64,000 nucleotides of DNA, taken from assembly GCF_006345805.1 (NCBI RefSeq), contig NC_043015.1:10230001-10294000 (forward strand), given 5' to 3'. Made by a program: the position numbers and the translations under genes. Source of the DNA: Octopus sinensis (taxonomy: Eukaryota). Of the stretch, positions 1-12,471 are shown one piece after another (position 1 is the stretch's first letter; each line of letters starts with the position of its first letter). The notes beneath the pieces are model-generated. The model saw only the letters and a program-made list of their open reading frames with translations. It was not told where the DNA came from and made no database searches.

Positions 1-549
1 GGTGGTCAAGGGCCCTCTTACAAGATCCCTCTCTTTGCTAAGGGAAGTGTGGAAATTAATTCTCGTTGCAAGGCCTCTGACATAGCAGTACAAGTTGATA
101 TCACTCCCAGAATAACTGTCAAGCATCTCCAAAAACCTTGGTTACATTGGCAGAGCTGCAAGAATGAAGCAACATCTTCGACCAGCTAATATCAAGCGGA
201 GAATAGATTGGGCAGTAGTGTGGGTTTGGAGTCCATGTTATCAAAGAGTTGACATGAAATGTTTGTAGCCAACAATGAAACAAGATAGCTATTATGTGAT
301 GGTCACGGAGCAATTTGGAGCTGGTGGGGTATGAATGAAACAGAAACTCAGATAAATGTGTCCATATTGCAGAAAGGGCTCTTTCCAATCGTCTTCAGTG
401 GTGAAATTATTAAAGAAAATTCTACATTTATAGATGGGGCTACATGCCACTCGGCTAAAAGGACGGAAGATTGCGTTGAAGAGAAATGCATTAAAATGCA
501 TCCATGGTCAAGCCAGTCACCAGGTAAGAGCCCTATTGAACATCTCTAG
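1..549 (+). mobile_element. Tc1-family transposase remnant (frameshifted, truncated by window edge)
   Basis: Translation gives YIGRAARMKQHLRPANIKRRIDWA and DGATCHSAKRTEDCVEEKCIKMHPWSSQSPGKSPIEHL, matching Tc1 motifs (QDNAPCH..K ... WP.QSPDLNPIEHLW). Confidence 0.85.
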
Positions 550-663
550 TAAGGGATAGATATAACACTTCGTAAAAAGAAGAAGAGAGCATTACCAAAG
601 CCAGATTTTGTGAGACAACTGTGCGAAAAATTGGCAAGAAATTACTCAAGAGAATATTTGAAC

Positions 664-858
664 GCGGCGAGCTGGCAAAAACTTTAACACACCGGGCAAT
701 ATGCTTAGCGGTATTTCGTCTGTCTTTACGTTCTGAGTTCAAATTCCTTCGAGGTCGACTTTGCCATTCATCCTTTCGGGGTCGATAAATAAAGTATCAG
801 TTGCGTACTGGGGTCGAACTACTCACCTGGCCCCCACCACAAAAATGTTGTGCCTAGA
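664..858 (+). mobile_element. tRNA-derived SINE, family A
   Basis: GGCGAGCTGGCA head, B-box GAGTTCAAATTCC, body GTCGACTTTGCC..TCATCCTTTCGGGGTCGATAAA..ACTGGGGTCGA; at least six other copies in the window. Confidence 0.8.
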
Positions 859-1024
859 TCACTAGCATGCATAATAGGGACCATTGAAGCATGCAAATGT
901 TATGTCTAAAAAATATTAGATATTCACATTATAATAATACATCATTTCAATGAATAATTTCAGATTAAAATGAATTCTAACGATTTTAAGTTTGTCGATT
1001 TACTTTTGTCACATTTGTGTGAGT

Positions 1025-1042
1025 ATGTATATATGCATGTAA

Positions 1043-1118
<76 letters not shown>

Positions 1119-1144
1119 CATACATATATATATATTACATATAG

Positions 1145-1181
<37 letters not shown>

Positions 1182-1207
1182 ATATACATACATATATATA
1201 TATATAG

Positions 1208-1238
<31 letters not shown>

Positions 1239-1345
1239 CATACATGCTCACACAACTGTGACAAAAGTAAATATATATATATATATATATAATATATATA
1301 TATATATGTACATATATATACATATACATAAATACATATAAATAT
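1025..1345. repeat. (TA)n microsatellite, imperfect
   Basis: Direct reading; source of spurious YIYI ORFs. Confidence 0.95.
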
Positions 1346-1405
1346 ATAGGACAAATGCTAACGTTTAATTTAAAACAATACTAGCTTCTCAAGAAAAGTG
1401 GTAAA

Positions 1406-1820
1406 CAGGAGTAGCTGTGTGGTAGTAGCTTGCTTACCAACCACATGGTTCCGGGTTCAGTCCCACTGCGTGGAACCTTGGGCAAGTGTCTTCTACTATA
1501 GCCTCGGGCCGACCAAAGCCTTGTGAGTGGATTTGGTAGACGGAAACTAAAAGGAGCCCGTCGTATATATGTATATATGTATGTATATGTGTGCGTGTAT
1601 GTTTGTCTGTATGTGTTTGTCCCCCTAGCATTGCTTGACAACCGATGCTGGTGTGTTTGTGTACCCGTCACCTAGCGGTTCGGCAAAAGAGACCGATAGA
1701 ATAAGTACTGGGTTTACAAAGAATAAGTCTCGGGTTTGAGTTGCTCGAATAAAGGCCGTACTCCAGCATGGCCGCAGTGAAATGTCTGAAACAAGTAAAA
1801 GAGTAAAAGGGTAAAGAGTA
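1406..1820 (+). mobile_element. tRNA-derived SINE, family B, with internal TA/TG microsatellite and (GAGTAAA)n tail
   Basis: Head GGAGTAGCTGTGTGG..GGTTCAGTCCC, CORE-like CCTTGGGCAAGTG, internal microsatellite, tail GAGTAAAAG repeats; colinear copy at 53947-54415. Confidence 0.85.
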
Positions 1821-2426
1821 TACGCTATAATCAAATTCATGATAATAAATATATAGAAAGATGTTCTCACATAATACATGTGTTCACATCATTGATTAAC
1901 TGAAAATATGTTGGTGTACGTAGACATAAGTTTAGATAGACATGTGTAACACAAATAAATAATGAGAAGGAAAAAAGGTATAGCAAGATACATTTTTTAA
2001 ACTACAATAAAAATGTATATTATTTGAATCAGATATTCAAGTTGTGAAAACTTTGGGGAATTATACCATGTGTGTTTTAAATGAATAGGTAAGTATAGCA
2101 CGTATGACATATCCAAAACAATGGACGTGAAGTTAGTTTATGTGCATTCTTTGTTTGTGATCAAATGTAACAGATTGCCATTCTTATTAGAGAAGGATGT
2201 TCTCTTCTCGGAAATGCATTCCCTGATTTTTGGGTTTCGTTCTTTTAACCGAAATCTGTGTTGGTACCGTTAAGTTATGATTATCAGTCCAAATCCTGTG
2301 CGATGACGTGATAGACCTATTATAACTATATAATTATTTTTTACTTCACATATTCACATATATATTCAGACGTGTTGGTATACATCCATCCTCGCGCGCA
2401 CACTCACACATACGCAAAAATTTATA

Positions 2427-2472
<46 letters not shown>

Positions 2473-2496
2473 GTTAATCCAACATCAAAACACAAC

Positions 2497-2647
2497 TAGA
2501 AAACACAACAACGCGAGGACGTGGAACAATTATAGTATTATTGGACGGTCAGGAAAGAGGAAAGACGGAGTGTTTACGTTTCGAGCGGAGCTCTTCGTCA
2601 GAAACATAGGAAAAGGAAAGATCCAAAGAAGGGAAGACGTAGGAAAA
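2497..2647 (-). mobile_element. Penelope-like terminal-repeat fragment carrying a hammerhead motif
   Basis: Purine-rich island between (TA)n tracts containing a minus-strand CTGACGA..GAAACGT core; minimal hammerheads are characteristic of Penelope pLTRs. Family assignment is inference. Confidence 0.55.
2567..2606 (-). ncRNA. Minimal type I hammerhead ribozyme motif (possibly 1-nt defective)
   Basis: Minus strand: TGTTT CTGACGA A GAGC-TCC-GCTC GAAAC GT AAACA. Core and stem II are intact; stem I (TGTTT/AAACA) pairs fully only if one base at the cleavage position is missing. Confidence 0.6.
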
Positions 2648-2684
2648 TATATATAATATATAATATATATATATATGGTATATA

Positions 2685-2722
<38 letters not shown>

Positions 2723-3521
2723 CGTACTTACTTACTCATATGTATGTTATGCATATAAGTAGAACGGACTCAAATCGTGCATTCTAAGAGATTGCCTTCA
2801 TTAAACATATTGTTATTATGCATTTGATAAGTGAATAATTTCTGAGGCCTTTTGACTACCTTACTCTTACTTAGGTGTTGTTGTCTTATAACATACAGAT
2901 TAGTATATATTTTTTTATAATTATGGATGTAGAGTGCTGCACGAATACCAATAATATTTTGGCTTGTAATCTCCATGATATAACTATTTCACATAATTTA
3001 GCTTCCAGTGCTATTTTTTCAGTGAAAGTTTATATCTGCATGTGATTCATGCAGATATGTTAGAATTTCAAAACCATGCAGTTTAATCCAAATGGGCTCA
3101 AGGCTTCCTGAATATATTTAAAAGTTGATTTAATCAATGATGCTCCAGGCAAATATTTTACGCACTATACGTATTTTAAGCTAGGGCAAACAGTTGGGTT
3201 TGGAATTCTATATTCAAAACCACAAAACATCCCGTTCTTTTGTCTGCTGCAGGTTACCATATTATGTTTCAGTTAATTTGATCTTCATTCTTATAATTGA
3301 TTTGAGTCTATTTCAAAAGAATTTACCCTCGATTTTGGAAATTCGTGAGACAGTAAACCATTGTTTCAAATCTACAGTCCTATGCATATATATGCATATA
3401 TACATACATAAACGCACACACAGAGACACACACAGACGCACACACATATTTATACATACACATATGCATATATATATATATATGTTATATATATGCATAC
3501 ATATATACATATATATTTATG

Positions 3522-3563
<42 letters not shown>

Positions 3564-3814
3564 ATATGTATGTATGTATGTATGTATGCTTGTATGTAAG
3601 CCTGTATATAAGGAATATATTCATCGATATACAAATAAATGAATGTGTGTCTGTGCATATGTATATGTATATATATATTCTTTTCCAAATTTTCTTTTAT
3701 TTTTTTCAAAATTGAATTGTTTTCCATACTTAAAATTGAAAAAGTATCAATGACTGAAACCGGTGCTGAAATGTATTTTATAAAATTATTTTAGCATTTT
3801 CTATCCTGAATTTT

Positions 3815-3851
3815 TCCCATAAATATATATATAATATATATATATATATAC

Positions 3852-3912
<61 letters not shown>

Positions 3913-3936
3913 ATATATATTATATATATAGTATAT

Positions 3937-3993
<57 letters not shown>

Positions 3994-3995
3994 AT
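3815..3995. repeat. (TA)n/(TG)n compound microsatellite
   Basis: Direct reading. Confidence 0.95.
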
Positions 3996-4559
3996 ACATA
4001 AACACATTTATGTGGCCGCTCTTTTATGTGTCTTCATGTGTACGTAATATATACTGAGTGTATGGTATGTGTGGTTCAAGAAATTTATCTTTGATGCAAT
4101 TGTGGATTTCTCCCTATATACTTATATTTATTGACTGTGTAATTGAACGTGTCCAACGATGTGTTTGTTAGATTATATATTCGTTGGCATAATGCATATA
4201 ATCTACTAAACATCACCCTAGTGTTTATGTCGGTTCATATTTGTTGTGACATTGAAATTACTTTCGCCTGGATTCGCGTGAGAATGTGTGACGCTGGATA
4301 AAGAAAAGTAAAAGTTGTGTGAATAGGAATGTCCTTCTGATTCTGCATATATATATATTTGGTGCGTCAATAAAAGGGCACAAGCGTATTGCATCATGTT
4401 TTCAATGGAAGATATGTAAATATATAAGAATATAAATAGATATATATGCGTGTAGATATATATGTGTGTATGTATATATGAGTGTGGTTGTGTATGTATT
4501 ATATATATATATATAAATATATAATAAATATTAGGGAATAACCCCCCCCCCAGAAAAAA

Positions 4560-4575
4560 ATATATATATATGCAT

Positions 4576-4629
<54 letters not shown>

Positions 4630-4713
4630 GATAGATAGATGTATATAGAGAGATAGAGAGAGATGCTTGTGCATGTGTGTGTATGTTTCTGTATCTCTTT
4701 CTCTTTATATATG

Positions 4714-4763
<50 letters not shown>

Positions 4764-4870
4764 TACATATATATATGCATGTATATATGAACCCGTGTGT
4801 ATATGTATATACTATAAATGTATGTGTGGGTATATATATATATATATGTGTGTGTGTGTTTGTGTGTGTT
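4560..4870. repeat. (TA)n/(TAGA)n/(TG)n compound microsatellite
   Basis: Direct reading. Confidence 0.9.
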
Positions 4871-5589
4871 AAGGGTTTCATTCGATGAGAAAACACCATG
4901 ATTATAACTACAATCACACCATAGATGGTTAATCATGCAATAAATCCGATTGGTGTATGAGGGATTCTGTATGGTGGAACAACAATTGGATCACCGGCGA
5001 CTGACTATGCTTCTCAATCCAGCGTAATATTCTGCACAAAATATACAACTACAGAAATGTTATATTCCCACAGGACCCGATCAGCTAAGTAATGTTCTCA
5101 ATTGTTGATATCAATGGAACAAATGAGCGTGTATGTTTCATTCATTGCAGAATACATAGGCCAGGGCTACATTTGTTGATATTTATTGGCGATAAATCAG
5201 AAAATACACTGCAACACTATGCAATAAATTACGCCATATAAAATTAGCAAGAAAGCACCAGTATGAAACAGAATGAGTTATACACACAGGTGTATACACT
5301 CTCACACACACACACATATATATATTTATATATATATATATATACAAATATATATATGTGTGTGTATATGTGTGTAGGTGTGTGGGAATAATGTGTATAT
5401 GTTCTCATCCACAAATGCATAGGAATATGTACAAATACATGCATGCATAGATAAGCATAATGGTAGATATAGACATACCATTGTTATATGTAATATATAT
5501 ATACATATATAATACGTATCGAAAAATTTACATATCGACATAAATGTAGACACAGTTATGTACAAATGCAATGTTACTACTGTCAATAA

Positions 5590-5608
5590 TAATAATTATT
5601 AAAATTAA

Positions 5609-5653
<45 letters not shown>

Positions 5654-5735
5654 TATCATTATTATTAGTAGTAGTAGTATTATTAGTAGTTGTAATAGTA
5701 GTAGTAGTGGTAGTAGTAGTGGTGGTGGTGGTGGT
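5590..5735. repeat. Compound trinucleotide repeat (ATT)n-(AGT)n-(GGT)n
   Basis: Direct reading. Confidence 0.9.
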
Positions 5736-5965
5736 TGTTTTTGTCGTAATAGTAGTGTTAATAATTAGTAGTAGTAGGAGTAGGAAGAAGAGGGGGAGGG
5801 GAAGAGGGTATATTTATTATTAGATATTCATCTCATTAATATAGCCACCCACCCAGTTGATTTCCTTCCATTCACACATTTCCATTAGAAAATATCTATT
5901 GTTATTTATGGTGAATATATTCATGAACACACATGTATATGTGGTGCGTGTCTTTGTGTGCTTGT

Positions 5966-6006
<41 letters not shown>

Positions 6007-6934
6007 GGTGTGTTGACTAAAATACAATTGTTCATAATATGTAGGGAAATAACAGACGCGTATTATTTAGGAATTACTATGTCTGGGTCATGACTAAATT
6101 CTCTGTAATGAAATATTTTTCAATCTTTCGCTTCACGTAAGACCTTGTATTAACTCGTCGCCTTGCAAAGCTCATTGTTGTTATTTTTAATTTCCTTATT
6201 TTTTTTTTTTTAGTTTTTGCTCATCGCTAATGAGAAATTACTGAGCTTTGAATCAGACGAAGTTCTTTTATAAAACGATGACCGCCTGCAGGTCTATAGG
6301 TATTTTAAGTTCATTACAATGTTTCTATGTATACGTTTGTGTGTATGAATATGTATTATGCAAATGTACTATATCATATACATATATATTTATATATATA
6401 TATATACACAAATACACATATACATTATGTGTGGGTGAGAGAGATAATGTGTGTGTGAGTGTATGTGAGAGCGTGTGAGAGAGTGTGTTTGTGTGAGCGT
6501 GTGTGTGTATGTGTGTGTAGGAGGCATCATTAGACTTTTAATTATTTCGTAATTATCTTAAATAGCTTTTTAAGGAAGGAAGTGGTTTCTAACGAAGACA
6601 CAATGCACAGTCTTTGGAAATGTTGATTACAAAAAACACATTAGCATTTAAATATTTAGAAATTCTTGCATATTTTCACAGTTCTAAAGACAAAAAGTTT
6701 ATGATGTGAAAACTTACGACTGTTTGACTTCTTTTTCTGCAAACACGTTTAAGCACACGACTAGTAAGTCTGGTGTAAACCTAGTAAGTCTGGTGTAAAT
6801 ATGACTTTACCACCGACTATAAAAGCTGGATGTTTCAAAGCAGTTTACTTATGTAATATTCTTTAAGTTTCGAAAATCTATTTACCCCTGTAGGGCAAAT
6901 GACCTACATAGCGGTTCATGTACAGTATATTTTT

Positions 6935-7045
6935 ACGTGACCGACCAGACCATTAGATATTGCTACGCATCACTGGTCACAATGTGTTCACATTGTTTTA
7001 GCCTTTGAATGACGCCACCCAGCTGGCTAAGCGAGCAGGCCAACA
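6935..7045 (+). repeat. Fragment of an interspersed repeat (unclassified)
   Basis: GC-richer island (TGACCGACCAGAC..GACGCCACCCAGCTGGCTAAGCGAGCAGGCCAAC) that I recall as a common octopus dispersed repeat; single copy here, unverified. Confidence 0.35.
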
Positions 7046-7713
7046 TATGTGTATATATATATACACACACCAATATTTTCATACACACATATACGTACAT
7101 ATATATATATACATACACACACCTCACATATATAAGTATACATGGTTTTCTTTGAAATACTTAATGGATATAATTTTTCATCTCTGTGGTTAAATAAATT
7201 TGGAATGTTTTGTTCATTTTAGCCACTACACTTGATTTTTGTCCGGGTAATTGGCCTACAGACTGCAAAACGGAATTTCAAGTTTTACTCTTCAATTCTT
7301 ACAAGTACAAAATTACCCTGTGAGACATAAATAATGGAATCTCGAAAGCTATGAAATTAGACATCATAAAAATTAGGAGCCCAAAAGATAAAAAGCAATG
7401 ACTGTACCATTCCATTTCTTAACAGATACAACCCTGAAATAATCAATATTTTCCACATTATGCACTCAAACCTACCAATGCTCTTACAAAATAAAAAAAA
7501 AAAAAACGATAGTCGAAAGCTACCTGCGAAAGAGTAAACGCTATAAACCTTTAAAACGACATACAAGAGCAAAAATTCACATCATAAAATGAAACAGAAT
7601 TCTCCATAAAGAAATGTGGAGCAAAAGATGTGGAATATGCAACAACAACAATAACTACAAATATATAGACGAATTCACCCACATAATGTTTAAAAGTGGA
7701 TTCTTATTCAAAG

Positions 7714-8860
7714 TATTGGGTTGGCAACTAAGTTCCCGCCGTGTTTCTAAATTTTGGAATTTATTGCGTTTTTGAATTTTGGAATCTATTTTTACGAGAA
7801 TTCTATTTTTGAATCATTTTTGAATCTATTTTGTTTATTTTTTTCTAGTTAATTTTATTATTTTTTGTATATTTTCAGATCAATAAAATAGAATGTCAAG
7901 TTAAGAAAAACGAGCATTTTTGACGCTTCCTTCTTTTTACTTTTAATCAAGGGTCTAAGGCCGCCAAAGCTGCTCGCGACATTTGTACTGTGTATGGAGA
8001 GAGTGTCACAGCTGAAGGAGCCACTCGTGATTGGTATGCCAATTTCAAGAATGAAAATTTTGGCCTCAAAGAGGCACCTCGTTCTGGCCGTCAAGTTGAG
8101 TTCGATGAAGAACGTTTAAACCAACTTTTGCGCGAATATTCTCATCAAACGACAAGCAAACAGGCAGAGAAAATGGAATGCTTCCACACAGCTATAGAGA
8201 AGCATCTTCGCTCGATGGGAAAAGTTTAGAAGTACGAAGCATGTGTTCCGTATGCTTTCTGTGATAACAACAAAAATCAATGAGCCACAATCTCCACTGG
8301 TTTGCTTGCTCGTCACCGCTCAACTCATGGACACAAGCAATGATTTCTTTACCGGATCGCTACAGGCGACGAAAAATGGTGCCTGTACATCAATATGAAG
8401 CAGCGTAAGGAATGGTTTAGCCCCGGTAAACAAGCGACACCGCGCGTGAAACAAGATCTTTTATCCACGTAAAATAATGTTATGCGTATGGTGAGACTGG
8501 GAATAGATTATCGATTACGAATTGCTTCAACGGAACCAAACGGTCAACGCAGAACTCTATGTTTAACAGATGGAACGACTCAACACGGCTATTCAAGAGA
8601 TAAGACCTAATCGGTAGCATGGAGTTCTTCTGCTGCACGATAAAACCCGCGATCATGTCGCCACTATGACCAAGGAAGCCATTCAAGCGCATGGCTAGAA
8701 CGTGGTGCCATATCCGCTGCACTCACCTGATTTGGCACCAACGGATTTCCACGTTTTTCTAACTCTTTCAAAAGCTATGCGCGGAGCTTCATTCACTAAT
8801 GATGCTGAATTGAGAGTTTCGTTGGATCAATCTTTCGAGTCGAAATCGAGTGATTTCTAG
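7714..8860 (+). mobile_element. mariner (DD34D) transposon, defective, right TIR missing
   Basis: Left TIR TATTGGGTTGGCAACTAAGT; stop-interrupted transposase from ~7888 with APRSGR, TGDEKWCLY, LLHD and HSPDLAPTDFH motifs. Confidence 0.9.
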
Positions 8861-9036
8861 CGGACAATTTTGAAAAATGGATAACATATCCTTTCTTTAT
8901 CTACTAGCCTACGGACTATTCTCTCTACATACCAATTAGTTGAGTTAGTGAAATTCGTCATTGAGCACACGGGCTCAATTTAAACCGGCATTCTAGTCAC
9001 CTATTAGCACTATCGTTCCAGAGGTTCCCCTGTCCC

Positions 9037-9039
<3 letters not shown>

Positions 9040-9107
<68 letters not shown>
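9040..9107. repeat. (ATT)n array, tail/target of the R4/Dong-like element
   Basis: Pure repeat abutting the element 3' UTR. Confidence 0.95.
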
Positions 9108-10966
9108 TCTATGTTTGACTTTTGCTTTATGTCTGTACAAGTTGGCTCCAAGTCTCCCCCAGAGACCTCAAGAGACAACAGGTTGGAAGTTCACGTTGTT
9201 GTTATGCCTAGTGTGCCATATATTTGGGGGTTTTTTTGGTGTTGTACTAATGAATGTCTAATACATAAAAAAATATTTAAAAAAAGTATGTTTTAAACCT
9301 TGGGATTACATAGAGAGTATTTTGCGTAGGATATGAGCAGTTCCCATGAGCACTATCGTTTGAATTTCTGCCATTTTGGGGTTTCCTGGTATCTGAGTTA
9401 GGTAGCAATCAGTCCCTTTTGCTAGCATTTCCAGGGCAGCTATGACAACTGGTATTGTTTTAGTCTTCAGCTTCCACATTTTGTTGATTTCTATTTCAAG
9501 ATCTTTATATTTGCTCAGTTTTGGGTAGGTCTTGACAGATACGTTTATATCGATTGGGACAGACATATCAATGAGGAGGCATGTTCTTTGTCTGAAATCT
9601 TTCAATATGATGTCTGGCCTATTTGCATCTATCTTTCTGTCAGTTTGAATGGTGAAGTTCCAGAGGAGTGAGATGTGGTCATTTTCAAGCACTGGAGGTG
9701 GATTGTGTTTCCACCAGTTTTTTTCATGGGGCAAATCCAGATTTTTGCAGATTACCCAGTGAATATATTGAGCAGCTCTATCATGCCTGTTGAGGTACTC
9801 TGTAGGCGCTAGAAGACTGCATTTGGAGACAACATGATCAATTGTTTCATTTTGTTGTCGGCATACACGACATATTGGCCTACTGCCGTAATATGTTGGC
9901 CTGGTAGTTTCTTATTGGTAGGCATTGATCTTGAGCTGCTATGATAAACCCCTCTGTTTCAGATTTTAAGCCAGAGGCCATTAGCCATTGATGGGTCAGG
10001 GCTTTGTCAATATCTGCATTAATCGCTCCCTTTGGGTATTTGCCATAGAGAGGTTTTTCTTGCCATTTATTATTCAGAATATCTAAGGCCGCAGTTTTGG
10101 CACGGGTTTTCATGCGCCTAGCTTTTTCTGTGCTTGTTTCTTGTATGTCTATCTCTAATTCCGAAATTGATTGTATTCGAAATTCACTTAGATATTCCTT
10201 TGCCTGTTTTGTTACTGCGTATGATGCTCTCTTGTTTTCATGTTTTGAGACAAGTTTTAACATCCAGTCCTCATACTTTTTCAGGTAGGTGTCTAGGCCA
10301 ATTGTAGCAATCTTCATTGTTATTGCCAGTTGCAAAAGACCACGGCCACCCTCTTTTCTTGGCAGATAAAGTCGTTCTGTATCTACCTTCGGGCGGTGCA
10401 TTCTATGCATTGTCAACAGTTTTCTTATTTTTCTGTCGAACTAACATATGTCAATAATTGATCAGTTAACGATATTGAAACTGTAAGTCACGACTGGTAT
10501 GGCTAATGCATTTATCGCTTCGATCCTGTTTCTTGCATTCAGCTCTGTCTTGAGTATTGCTCTCACTCTTCGATAGCATTCTCTCCTGATCCTTTCCTTC
10601 ATCTCTGAATGCCTTATTCCGTTCCCTTCAATTACCCCTAGGTACTTGTAGCTCTCCACTGGCTCTAGTTCTTTTATGACATTCTGCTGGTCAAGGTTAA
10701 CGTTAGATGATTCTGTCATTGTTCCTTTGATAAAGGTAGCTTTTGCACATTTATCGAGGCCGAATTGCATTCTGATGTCGTCACTGAATTGTTTGACTAT
10801 CGCTAGTAAGCCCTTGAGTTGTTGGTCATTTTTTGCAAAGAGCTTTAAATCATCCGTGTAAATGAGATGATTTATATTTTTATCAAACATTTTATACCCG
10901 TACTGCGCGTCATTGAGCATTTTGAGAGAGGTATTACGGCTAAACAAATGAGGAGTGGTGACATTA
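9108..10966 (-). mobile_element. R4/Dong-like RLE non-LTR retrotransposon, 5'-truncated, frameshifted (copy 1)
   Basis: RT (SPLL..LIYTDDLKLFAK, YKYLG), GGRGL motif, CCHC knuckle (CRVC..ETIDHVVSKC) and restriction-like endonuclease (RPDIILKD..LLIDMSVP..K..KY) ending ILRKILSM*, then 3' UTR and (AAT)n; (AAT)n also at the 5' junction. Confidence 0.9.
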
Positions 10967-11027
10967 TTATTATTATTAATTATTATTATTATATTTTATT
11001 ATTATTATTATTATATTATTATTATTA

Positions 11028-11066
<39 letters not shown>

Positions 11067-11140
11067 TATTATTATTATATTATTATTATTATTATTATAT
11101 TATTATTATTATTATTATTATTATTTATTATTATTATTAT
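10967..11140. repeat. (ATT)n array
   Basis: Direct reading; 5' flank of Dong-like copy 1. Confidence 0.95.
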
Positions 11141-11597
11141 CCAAATACGTGTGGGCATAAATGAAAGAATGTCATGTCGAAAACTCGATAAGTAATTCCA
11201 TCTTTGTGATCAGTAATCCCACTGGTGTCACATTCACAGTTAATCTGGCATGCCTCTATACTAACATTGCCAATATTACTGTTAAGATTATGACGTATTT
11301 GCAATAAAATGTGACAAGCAAATCTATTTGAATATATCGTATGGCATGATCTAAAATCGTCTGGTGACTTCATTTGCAAATTACTTTTTTTTCTAATTCT
11401 AGTGACATCTGATACGTCTGACCATATGTTGACTATAATATTTACATCATTAAATATCTCATTAGGTATATAAGTCTGTCTTCTGAGACTTTGCTTCAAT
11501 TCTCTAGGTTTGCAATTGAAAACAATAATATTTCAGTTGCTATGTTTTATATATTTCTTTCCGACTCCTAAATTACTGCTTAATTTGCCGCTGCTGG

Positions 11598-11651
11598 TAC
11601 TACTACTACTACTCCTACTACTACTACTACTCCTACTACTACTTCTACTAT

Positions 11652-11687
<36 letters not shown>

Positions 11688-11760
11688 AACTACTACTACT
11701 ACTATTACTACTATATCCACTAATGATGGTGATAATAATAATGACAATAATAATAATAAT
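11598..11760. repeat. (TAC)n grading into (AAT)n
   Basis: Direct reading. Confidence 0.9.
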
Positions 11761-12268
11761 GAATGCCCTGACACAGTATCAGACAATGGCTTTCGTGGCT
11801 TCTGATCTTAACTGATTGGAAGTGTTATGCACATTGTTTTGGCTAGGCATAAAAGATGGTTTACAGCAAATATTCTGCATAATACCACAGATTTGTTTGT
11901 CCGTTGTTTGACCATAAGCAGTTGAGCATGTCCCTTAGTAGCTGATGGTATGTGCATCTATGATTACGAGGAGGAGTATTGGGGAGGATACCTAACCATG
12001 TATTGGGTTTCTCATTCAACATCCTTAAACAACCTTTAGTGAGGAACCTTTTGATCAGAATAGACAACTCAACCTGAAGAAAATTCTAACTGGGCCCCAC
12101 CTTCAAGTTCATATGCTGTTTATTTTGATATCAGACCACCATGTCGCGCACTTATTTTTGTGATGCATGTGCCTGATGTACCCTTATCAGACGAGTTGTC
12201 ACGATAGGAATACTGGGCTTCGTATATTTTACCCCAGTGTAATTTGGTGGAATGCACTGCTCTCTTAC
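11761..12268 (+). mobile_element. Non-coding (AAT)n-flanked interspersed element (copy 1)
   Basis: The 3' ~300 bp align with 43113-43432; both end GCACTGCTCTC..ACT then (AAT)n and both are preceded by (AAT)n; no convincing ORF. Confidence 0.7.
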
Positions 12269-12356
<88 letters not shown>

Positions 12357-12409
12357 TAATAGCAATAATAATAATAATAATGATGATGATGATTTATAAT
12401 AAAAATAAA

Positions 12410-12466
<57 letters not shown>
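12269..12466. repeat. (AAT)n array
   Basis: Direct reading. Confidence 0.95.

Positions 12467-12471
<5 letters not shown>

Noticed and set aside
970-1354. Long ORFs of YI/IY, CV, TH, poly-I/L/Y/N here and throughout the window
   Set aside because: Translations of stop-free microsatellites, not genes.
2215-2274. Possible signal-peptide exon MHSLILGFVLLTEICVG
   Set aside because: Needs an assumed 1-nt deletion and has a weak donor (GTACCG).
2760-3390. Minus-strand frame with YLPGASLIKSTFKYIQE, resembling a TIR-domain segment
   Set aside because: Many stops and only one short motif; other TIR boxes not recognisable.
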